From an uncultured bacterium (GTDB taxonomy: Bacteria > Zixibacteria > MSB-5A5 > JAABVY01 > JAHJOQ01), in assembly GCA_965369655.1 (NCBI GenBank), contig CBDUQR010000051.1:1-17743 (forward strand): 17,743 bases of DNA, written 5' to 3'. Positions within the stretch are counted from its first letter, which is position 1, and each line of letters starts with the position of its first letter. The position numbers were made by a program, and so were the translations under genes. Shown here piece by piece: positions 1 through 7,502 of the stretch. The notes below the pieces were generated by a model. That model worked only from the letters and a program-made list of their open reading frames with translations, ran no database searches and had not been told where the DNA came from.

Positions 1-11
1 CATGTATGGAG

Positions 12-41
12 AGAATATAGATATGTCGTCGACTATGTCAA
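12..41 (-). promoter_or_regulatory. Putative sigma70 promoter pointing left, out of the window
   Basis: Minus strand reads TTGACA (41-36), 18 nt spacer, TATTCT (17-12). Target gene not visible. Confidence 0.35.
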
Positions 42-48
42 GTTAGTA

Positions 49-611
49 CTAGTCCATAGCAAACCCCTTTGGAATGAAATAAAATCTGTTATCAGCGAGG
101 TCGACGCTGAGAAGTGCAAGACCAAGGTTTCAAAAGAAAAGGGAATGAAGGAAAGCTTCTCTACAGCCCTGTCGATATGAACGCAGCTTTCAAAGAGCTT
201 CTCAAACCCATGGGCTGGAAGGAGAGCCGAGTTAGTTACTGGGTTACAAAGAGTGAGCAACTCATCAGAAAGACTCTTGCGCTATCTCCCGAGCAACAGA
301 AGATTGAAATCGAAACCGCTGGTGAAACCCCAATCTATAGCTACAATCAAACTGACTTTGTCAAAGACCGTGTAGCGATAGAAGTTCAATTCGGCAAGTA
401 TTCGTTCGTAGCGTATGATCTTTTCGTGAAGCATCTCGCGTTTTACATAGGCGATCATATTGATGTGGGCATTGAGATACTGCCCATGAAATCTCTTCAG
501 AGCAAGATGAGTTCAGGTCCGGCGCACTACGAAGGTGAACTCTATAATGTCGTCCGTCAGGGACGTGGGGTCCCGGCTGTTCCCCTTGTCATTGTTGGTA
601 TTGAGCCGTAG
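49..611 (+). pseudogene. BglII/BstYI-family type II restriction endonuclease, frameshifted near 150, native N-terminus apparently missing
   Basis: Frame 3 (150-611) gives GKLLYSPVDMN...YNQTDFVKDRVAIEVQFGKYSFVAYDLFVKH...EILPMKSLQSKMSSG, with the D...E-x-Q catalytic variant of this family. Frame 1 gives the matching upstream part LVHSKPLWNEIKSVISEVDAEKCKTKVSKEKGMK and then stops at 178-180. The halves join by a 1-nt deletion at about 149-151. Confidence 0.8.
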
Positions 612-635
612 CCTGGAGGATCAGTGTAATAGAAG

Positions 636-2054
636 TCACTTCAGTGAAAACGCCTCCACGAGATTGAGGCCCCGCTTGATGACTTCGTATTGTGGGACAT
701 CAGTCGCCGAGATCAAATCGCCGTTCGAGTCAATAAACTCTATTCGCAAGTCATAGACTCCCGGTTCAAGCTCAAAATCCCCGACATAGATTCGACCCGG
801 CAAAAGCCTCGAACAGCGCAAATCAGCGGCCTCTGAAAAGTCAGTCACGACATCGATCGCGGCCTTCTTGAGCCACCCATCGAGGCCGCCGGTATCGACT
901 TTTTTCTTCGCCCTGTGGGCGAGAATGCCCTTTGCGACCGCACGTGCGATCGATCTGAAATAGATCATCGATTTCCGGGCGCGAAATATTTCTTCTGACA
1001 CCCGGTAGACATCCTCGATAAGTTGCAGCCTGCCAATTTCTCTGCTATCAGCATAGACCCTGATTTCGCGCACACTGGACGGCCTCTCGACAATTCGAGG
1101 TATCGAAAACTTGAAATAGAAATCCTCTCCAATGTCAATCGGCAGATGACCGTATTCGGACTCTTTGCCCTCCGAGTCGGTGTAGAGCACTTGCACGAGA
1201 TCAAGGTCTTTGTCGGTCCTGATCCTGAGATCGAACGCTTCTTTCACGGGCGACAACCCCGCGAGACCCACGACTGACAGGATCGCTTTCCCCTTACTCG
1301 GCTGGTAATTGACCTCCGGCATCGCGAAATCGTAGACTTCGGGCTGCGTTTGAAACGCTTTCACGAGATAGTCGTAGTCGATCCTTGCGTCATCCCAGGC
1401 TCCATCGGCTGCATAGAGTCGCATACTCAGATACCGCGCGAACGCATCGTTGTGGAATCGAACATCATCAAGCGCATACTCGATTTCGACTGCGGATGTG
1501 TCACTCTTTGCGCCGCGCTTCAACTCCGTGACAGCATCGCCATATTTCTGTTCGAGCAGTTCGATTTTCAGATTCGCTCGCTTGACCTCTACGAAAGCAT
1601 CGTCAAACTGGCCGAGCGTTGCGTAGTTCAGTGCTTTGATGAGATTCGTGTAGAGGATTTCGTAGTCCTCACCGGAGTATTCGAGGACATTGTCGTTGAG
1701 CAGCATCGATGCCGCCGCGCGCGAGATGCTTTTCCTGAACAGATCTTCGGAGGCATATTCAGCCTCAGTCAGATTCACGCTGCTCTGATCGAGACTCCCC
1801 GCATAGTGACGCGCCATCCCAACATCGATGAAGTAGAGCAACCTATCCTTGTCGCCGTACTTCCCCTTTTCATTCGCCGCCTCAATACCGGCAACTGCGG
1901 CGGCATAGTCACCGCTCTGGAGACTCGCGGTGATCGGCTCATAGAAACCAGTGCGCGTGCGGACCGATCCGCAGCCTCCGATGATCAGAAGCGCGATGAT
2001 CGCCGAAGCGATAAGACTCAGGTTGATCCGACAGGACTGCCGACGGTCTACCAC
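636..2054 (-). CDS. COG3014-like uncharacterised lipoprotein (helical/TPR-like N-terminus), LpoB-associated
   Basis: 472 aa; lipobox IIGG-C after a hydrophobic stretch; motifs LLNDNVLEYSGEDYE...KALNY and ADLRCSRLLP; GTG start overlaps the lpoB stop. Confidence 0.75.
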   Translation of the reverse strand: MVDRRQSCRINLSLIASAIIALLIIGGCGSVRTRTGFYEPITASLQSGDYAAAVAGIEAANEKGKYGDKDRLLYFIDVGMARHYAGSLDQSSVNLTEAEYASEDLFRKSISRAAASMLLNDNVLEYSGEDYEILYTNLIKALNYATLGQFDDAFVEVKRANLKIELLEQKYGDAVTELKRGAKSDTSAVEIEYALDDVRFHNDAFARYLSMRLYAADGAWDDARIDYDYLVKAFQTQPEVYDFAMPEVNYQPSKGKAILSVVGLAGLSPVKEAFDLRIRTDKDLDLVQVLYTDSEGKESEYGHLPIDIGEDFYFKFSIPRIVERPSSVREIRVYADSREIGRLQLIEDVYRVSEEIFRARKSMIYFRSIARAVAKGILAHRAKKKVDTGGLDGWLKKAAIDVVTDFSEAADLRCSRLLPGRIYVGDFELEPGVYDLRIEFIDSNGDLISATDVPQYEVIKRGLNLVEAFSLK

Positions 2055-2629
2055 GTAATGCTCTTTTTAATCTCTTTCGTTCCGATCCAGACTTTCTCGT
2101 TCGATTCGACATTGATAAGCTCAAGATCAGTCTGGTAGAACACAACTTTCTGGCTTTCAACCTGATCTGTGATCGTCTTGATTGAACCAAGGAGTATAAA
2201 ATCGGCGCCGGTTTCCTCGCGAAGTTTTTTGACTGTCTCTTCCGATGCCCAGTCGCGCTGATCCATGCGTTCTTCGCGGACATCCCCACGCTCAAGCTTG
2301 CTGCCTGTAAAACGAACCCGTCCGGAATTCAGAAGTTCGCGTTCGAAATCTTTGGTGAACACCTCGGTGTCGATATGCTCGGAGCTTTTGTTTCGGATTC
2401 TGCCGACTGTCACGACCGGTTTGTCTCCGGAAGCGCGGATGAAATCATCGAGCCAGATTCTCGACAGGCAATCGGAGATCATTTCCTCAGCGACGAGACG
2501 GGCATCGGTGTCGTTCCACCGACCCGACAAATCCTGCGTGGTGCCGGGATCGATCCGTGTGACCTGCCTGCTACTGCCGCATCCGACTAATAGAATCATT
2601 GCAAGCAGCAATAGTGTGAGCTTTTTCAT
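2048..2629 (-). CDS. lpoB: Penicillin-binding protein activator LpoB family lipoprotein
   Basis: ATG at 2629 after RBS AAGGGGAG; signal MKKLTLLLLAMILLVG-C; motifs DLSGRWNDTD, IRNKSSEHIDT, TGADFILLGSI, YQTDLELINVESNEKVWIG. Confidence 0.85.
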   Translation of the reverse strand: MKKLTLLLLAMILLVGCGSSRQVTRIDPGTTQDLSGRWNDTDARLVAEEMISDCLSRIWLDDFIRASGDKPVVTVGRIRNKSSEHIDTEVFTKDFERELLNSGRVRFTGSKLERGDVREERMDQRDWASEETVKKLREETGADFILLGSIKTITDQVESQKVVFYQTDLELINVESNEKVWIGTKEIKKSITW

Positions 2630-2769
2630 TGTTCTCCCCTTCCGTGGATAACAGAAATGTTGATTGTTTACTTCTTCGATAATTGTTACCGAGATTAACT
2701 CCACAGGTTTCGGTATTTCGCGGGAATTGTAGAATAGCAATTGTCAGAGTGGTAGAATATGATCGTCAT

Positions 2770-3294
2770 TCAAACATCATCTTTTATTGAAAAATCATAT
2801 ATTTCTTTTGCTTGCTGAAATGCCTCATCGAAATAGTTGCCAAGGTCCGGCTTCAATTCCTTGAGTTTAGCAACCAGTCTTTCTCCCCTGTAGTGATTCC
2901 TATAAAGATAGACGATGGTACTCAAAACCTCAAGATAACGTGGCTGCTTGGACACTAAGTCACGAAGTATAGGGTCTTCCTCAGAAACAAACGACCGAAC
3001 AATAGATTCTGTATTGCTTTCGCTTGTCTGTTTGAGTTCATATACGTAGGCGCCTTGCGAATCGCGACTCTCTTCTAAGAATCCGGTGTCCTCTGCCGAA
3101 GCCAAACTCAAATCATTGGCCAGCGTTGGGGAAAATACGCCGTAATGGTGAAATGTGAAGTCCTGGTTTAGTTCTATTCCAAGTTCCTGAAGAAGGTACA
3201 CCAGCTTGTGTAGTTTCTTGCGGGTTTCGATCTTTTCTCCCGCGATCTCAAAAATACCTTTAATACAGGCAAGCCTCTCAGAACAATCTAACAT
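2770..3294 (-). CDS. YwgA-family (COG3465-like) winged-helix protein, related to Panacea/SocA-type antitoxins
   Basis: 174 aa; RBS TAAGGAG; motifs RKKLHKLVYLLQ, FTFHHYGVFSPTLANDL and LEVLSTIVY; starts 29 nt after the HD gene stop. Confidence 0.7.
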   Translation of the reverse strand: MLDCSERLACIKGIFEIAGEKIETRKKLHKLVYLLQELGIELNQDFTFHHYGVFSPTLANDLSLASAEDTGFLEESRDSQGAYVYELKQTSESNTESIVRSFVSEEDPILRDLVSKQPRYLEVLSTIVYLYRNHYRGERLVAKLKELKPDLGNYFDEAFQQAKEIYDFSIKDDV

Positions 3295-3323
3295 GGCTAC
3301 TTCTCCTTACACCGCCTATCAGG

Positions 3324-4790
3324 TTACTCTACTTCCTCAGGAAAACAAATGAAGAATCGCTTCTCCTTGAGGTCTAAAATCGCTTTTGTTATGTCACTCT
3401 TCTCTCTCAAAGTACCATAGTGGACAATATCATCATCACCATCGCCTTTTCGACACCAGATTTCCTCCATCGGCTTCTTTTGTATCCAGAAATCGTAAAA
3501 GCTCTTGTACGCTTTGCGATCAGTTTCTATACGCACCAAGAAATATTTGGGGTCAAGCTCTTTCACTTTAAGGGCATTCGTCTTATCCGTTACAATGTTT
3601 TGAGTATCTTTTTTGGACAGTTCTTGATCTTCCGGTACTATTGATTTGAATACCTTCCTCGATATCAAATCGCAACAGAGTCTCCTCAAAATCCTGTCCT
3701 CGCCATGATCTGCCCAGTTACGAACTTGGGCAAGAAATGCAATATCGTCCATAGATAAGTATTCATGTATTGTCAATTCTCTGTTGAATGCAATCTTATA
3801 TAGGACATCCAAATCGCAATCAAGATTATCTCCATTTTTAAGAAGGTCTACAGCTCTCACAAGAATGTTGATCATCATGTTCTCAGCAGCAATCACCTTC
3901 TTGTGGAAGTATACGTTCCTATACAGGTATAGATTACCCAGGAGATATTCTTCCAGACAACTAAGACCGCGTCGAACATCAATGACGATTTTCTGCTCCT
4001 TGCCTTCGACTACTCTGCCGTCCTCATCCCGTCGGTCCACTTCTGCTATATCAAGGTTTCTGAATAACCAGTTTAGATCGAATCTGCCATAGTGCACACC
4101 AGTCATGAAAGAATCTCTAAGCATATAATCCAGTCTGTCTGCATCAAACTGCGAACTAACAATTGTACAAAGGAATCTTGGCGAAAAAGTACCAGCTAGC
4201 ATATTCTGGACATCGAACTTCAGGCGTTTATCGATACTATCCATGAAGTTACACAACTCGGTTTGTTTGAGGACGATTGCTTGGGACCAAGTTTCATGTG
4301 ACCGTTCTGCTGTCTTCAGATACTCAACCTGAGATATGAACCTTTCGAATAGATGACTAAATGGACCATGCCCAACATCGTGCAATAATGCAGCTAGCTT
4401 TACAACCAAACGAAGATAGTCATCGGACTTATATTTGTCAGATTCATCGAATCGCTTGAGCATCCTGCAAGCAAGATGATAAACACCAAGCGAATGGGTA
4501 AATCTACTGTGCTCCGCACCCGGGTACACTAAACTTGTGAATGGAAGCTGCGTAATTCGACGCAAGCGTTGCATGGGTGAAGAATCTAGAACATCCAGAA
4601 CCACATTGTCTGTTATCTCTATGATGTCATGTATTGGATCTCTGATATACTTCGTGGAGCTCCTAACTTGTTTGCGAACAGAATTCTGTAGTTTATCCCT
4701 AACCTCCTCATCAAGCTCCGAATACGCCAGATAATCTGAGGAAGATGTTTTCGATATTTTTCCCACAATATCTTCCAAGTCAGATAACAC
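3324..4790 (-). CDS. HD-domain phosphohydrolase, dNTP triphosphohydrolase (YwfO/SAMHD1, COG1078) type
   Basis: IRDPIH, MQRLRRITQL, YPGAEHSRFTHSLG, ALLHDVGHGPFSH, DADRLDYMLRDS and LYRNVYFHK are all present. The GTG start lacks an SD, so the start is uncertain. Confidence 0.9.
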   Translation of the reverse strand: MLSDLEDIVGKISKTSSSDYLAYSELDEEVRDKLQNSVRKQVRSSTKYIRDPIHDIIEITDNVVLDVLDSSPMQRLRRITQLPFTSLVYPGAEHSRFTHSLGVYHLACRMLKRFDESDKYKSDDYLRLVVKLAALLHDVGHGPFSHLFERFISQVEYLKTAERSHETWSQAIVLKQTELCNFMDSIDKRLKFDVQNMLAGTFSPRFLCTIVSSQFDADRLDYMLRDSFMTGVHYGRFDLNWLFRNLDIAEVDRRDEDGRVVEGKEQKIVIDVRRGLSCLEEYLLGNLYLYRNVYFHKKVIAAENMMINILVRAVDLLKNGDNLDCDLDVLYKIAFNRELTIHEYLSMDDIAFLAQVRNWADHGEDRILRRLCCDLISRKVFKSIVPEDQELSKKDTQNIVTDKTNALKVKELDPKYFLVRIETDRKAYKSFYDFWIQKKPMEEIWCRKGDGDDDIVHYGTLREKSDITKAILDLKEKRFFICFPEEVE

Positions 4791-4898
4791 TAATCAAATG
4801 AAAATACTATAACTAATTTCTATGTAAATACTGCAGCTACACATAGATTTTGTCAATCATTTTCGACAAATTACTTCCCAAAATGAGACCATCATCCT

Positions 4899-6284
4899 CT
4901 ACCTCATCCCCTTCCCCAGAAACTCTTCGACTTCGGGCAGACCGCCCTGGAGGATGATATACCCGTTGTGTGGTTCGCCTTCGGTGATTTCGCTGTTGAT
5001 CGGGTTCAACATGATCTCTTTGACCTTATCGAGATCGCTGGTTTGTCCCAACGCCCAGCAGAGCTTCATGTACGCGACTTCTGGAAGCATGTTGGCGGCT
5101 GGAATCACACCGGCATCGAGCAAATCACGGCCGGTATCATAGACATTCATCTGAACATATCCCCACAGCGTCTGGACAGTCATATAGACCGCGACACCTT
5201 TCCTGACAGCCTTGCGCAGCGGTTCATACAATGGCTTGTTGACATGACCGAGACCGGTTCCGGCTATCACAATGCCTCGATAGTCGTTGTCGACAAGCGA
5301 TTCGACCATATCGGGAAACATGTTCGGATAGTAATAGAGTATCGCGACTTTCTCCTCGAACGACGTATCGATCCTGACATTCGTGTCTTTCCGTCGGCGC
5401 GCAAAATCATCTCGCAGCGGAACGACCTTATCGGGCGTGCATGTCGCGATTGGAATGTCGCCAAGCGTCCTGAACGTGCTGCGATACGACGAGTGCATCT
5501 TGCGAACGCGAGTGCCGCGATGCAGCAGATTGTACTGGTCCGATGTTGGGCCGAACATGCAGACCATCACCTCGGCTATGTCGCCGCAGGCCGCAGCATG
5601 GGCCGCACATCTCAGATTGAATGCAGCATCAGATGACGGTCGATCCGACGATCTCTGTGATCCGACTAAGACTATCGGCACAGGCGAATCCTGCACCATG
5701 AAAGTCAGAATCGCTGCCGTGTGGTGCATCGTGTCGGTGCCGTGCCCGATGACTACTCCGTCGACGCCGTTTTCTATCTCGTGCTTGATGGCTTTCGCCG
5801 TCGCGATATACTGTTCCGGTCCCATGTTCTCTGAGAACACGCCATAGAGTTTCTCGGTCTTGAGATTGCAGATGTCGGCAAGTTCGGGAACCGCGCCGTA
5901 GAGTTCTCCCGGTGTGAATGCAGGTATGACTGCGCCGGTCCGGTAATCGAGCCGAGATGCAATTGTGCCGCCGGTGCCAAGCAGAGTGACATTTGGCTTG
6001 TCGGGACACGTTGGGAATTCAGATTCGGGAATCTTGTAGTGCGCCTCTTTGTAGCCGATTTCTTTTGCCGAGATTATGGAATCGACAGCGATACCGACAT
6101 TGTAGCCGTTGTGCATTTTCAAGACAAGATGTTTATCGTCGGCTGTTTCGGATCGCGGCAGGATCACACCGATAAACATGCCCTTGGTTGTCGACACCTC
6201 GACATCGGACCAGACTTTGACGCCGAGTTCCCTGAGCTTGCTCAGCGACGGTCCCTTGTATCCCTGATATGGATCATTACCCAA
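4899..6284 (-). CDS. gatD: Glu-tRNA(Gln) amidotransferase subunit D (asparaginase-like glutaminase)
   Basis: TTG start after GGAG; N-terminal extension of about 90 aa (LVLKMHNGYNVGI); GTGGTIASRLDYRTGAV, HGTDTM, GSQRSSDRPSSDA, RKMHSS, GTGLGHV and MLPEVAYMKLCWALG are GatD-type rather than plain AnsA. Confidence 0.88.
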   Translation of the reverse strand: MGNDPYQGYKGPSLSKLRELGVKVWSDVEVSTTKGMFIGVILPRSETADDKHLVLKMHNGYNVGIAVDSIISAKEIGYKEAHYKIPESEFPTCPDKPNVTLLGTGGTIASRLDYRTGAVIPAFTPGELYGAVPELADICNLKTEKLYGVFSENMGPEQYIATAKAIKHEIENGVDGVVIGHGTDTMHHTAAILTFMVQDSPVPIVLVGSQRSSDRPSSDAAFNLRCAAHAAACGDIAEVMVCMFGPTSDQYNLLHRGTRVRKMHSSYRSTFRTLGDIPIATCTPDKVVPLRDDFARRRKDTNVRIDTSFEEKVAILYYYPNMFPDMVESLVDNDYRGIVIAGTGLGHVNKPLYEPLRKAVRKGVAVYMTVQTLWGYVQMNVYDTGRDLLDAGVIPAANMLPEVAYMKLCWALGQTSDLDKVKEIMLNPINSEITEGEPHNGYIILQGGLPEVEEFLGKGMR

Positions 6285-6360
6285 TTTTGCACTCCATTAA
6301 GTACCAGAATTCATTGCGGCCGCTCTTGGCACAATCAGCCGCGCGACGCGACAGGGACAC

Positions 6361-6389
6361 ATCATAGCCGCTTTCAGCTATGATTGCAA
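6361..6389 (-). promoter_or_regulatory. Putative sigma70 promoter of gatD with overlapping inverted repeat
   Basis: Minus strand TTGCAA-N17-TATGAT; ATCATAGC-N8-GCTATGAT at 6361-6384 covers the spacer and -10. Confidence 0.55.
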
Positions 6390-6414
6390 GCGGTAATTTG
6401 TCGGTATGTAATGT

Positions 6415-6444
6415 AAAAAGAAGGGCCGCCCTTTCGGACGGCCC
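6415..6444 (-). terminator. Rho-independent terminator of the TBDR/T9SS-CTD/PorV operon
   Basis: Minus strand GGGCCGTCC-GAAA-GGGCGGCCC followed by TTCTTTTT, about 30 nt after the PorV-like stop. Confidence 0.88.
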
Positions 6445-6472
6445 GAGAGTAGTTCCCCCTCATTTCAATCTA

Positions 6473-7489
6473 TCAGAAGGAAAACTTCGCAGTGAAATAC
6501 TGATTGTCGTCAAACCACTCCGATTGTACCCAGGAGTAATCGAAACTGATATAGTTCTGACCCCATGCGTACTTCAGACCGGCGCCGAGAGACGCACCGT
6601 ACATGTACTCGTCCTGACTCGACGCGACATATCCGCCGCGCAGGAAGAACATGTCATCATACGAGTATTCCAGACCGCCTCGGAATTCATCCTCAGAGAA
6701 GTTGTTGGCCTGGAACGAGCCTGTAAAAACAGCCCTGTTGAGATCCTGGTTGATCGCATCCCACGACGCGCCAAACTGGATGAATGCCGGCAGTTCGAAT
6801 TCGGATGACTGAGAGCGGAAGTTCTTCGGCTTTGAGCCCGGCTCGGTTTCCGGAACATCAATGCTGACATTGAACCCTTCACCTTCGAACTTCATGTTCG
6901 GACCGAAGTTCTTCATCGCGACTCCAAACTTCAGACCCTGCCAGAGCGGATTGTACATGATTCCGACGTCAAACGACATCCCGTGAGCAGCCACCTGCTC
7001 GACCGCCTCGTTCACGTAGTTCGCAGTAATGCCGAACGACACACGATCAGTGAAAATGCGCGAATACGTGACGCCGATGATCGAAAAGGTCGGACTGAAC
7101 GTCTCACCGGTGCCAAGCGCCTCGTGGGTCGTGGTCTTGATGATCTCGCCGATCGAAATCACCTTGGCCTGAAACCCGATCGTTCCAAAATCCTCGAGGT
7201 TGGTCATGACACCAAAGTAGTTGATGTCGATACCAGCCATATACTCGAGGTGCGAGAACATCGCCTCGGTGCCATCGTGATGCGCTACTCCTGCTGGATT
7301 CCAGTAGAGCGCCTCAGCGCCGGACACGTCAGCGATATCTGCGCCTCCCATCGCAGTCGTTCTGCCTCCTATAGGTATGCGAAGTTCCTGAGCGCCCGCA
7401 GTACCGATGCGGTCACTGCTTCCAGCGTAAAGACAGGAAGCACCCAGAAGAACGCATACGAAGCAGATAATCACATATCTCGTCTTCAT
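6473..7489 (-). CDS. PorV/PorQ-family outer-membrane beta-barrel
   Basis: ATG 7489 after AGGAGG; signal peptide; GTAGAQELRIPIGGRTTAMG and ALYWNPAG motifs; alternating beta-strands; terminal Phe (AKFSF). Confidence 0.82.
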   Translation of the reverse strand: MKTRYVIICFVCVLLGASCLYAGSSDRIGTAGAQELRIPIGGRTTAMGGADIADVSGAEALYWNPAGVAHHDGTEAMFSHLEYMAGIDINYFGVMTNLEDFGTIGFQAKVISIGEIIKTTTHEALGTGETFSPTFSIIGVTYSRIFTDRVSFGITANYVNEAVEQVAAHGMSFDVGIMYNPLWQGLKFGVAMKNFGPNMKFEGEGFNVSIDVPETEPGSKPKNFRSQSSEFELPAFIQFGASWDAINQDLNRAVFTGSFQANNFSEDEFRGGLEYSYDDMFFLRGGYVASSQDEYMYGASLGAGLKYAWGQNYISFDYSWVQSEWFDDNQYFTAKFSF

Positions 7490-7502
7490 TGTCTTCCTCC
7501 TA

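Noticed and set aside
114-149. GTG 114 as the endonuclease start (MQDQGFKRKGNE)
   Set aside because: The family-like sequence here is in frame 1; this peptide is an artefact of the frameshift.
130-152. Programmed -1 frameshift at AAAAGAAAAG
   Set aside because: No canonical X_XXY_YYZ heptamer; protein similarity places the shift later, at about 150; the 5' end also looks damaged.
2630-2740. 37-aa N-terminal extension of LpoB in the ORF track
   Set aside because: RBS and lipoprotein signal begin at ATG 2629.
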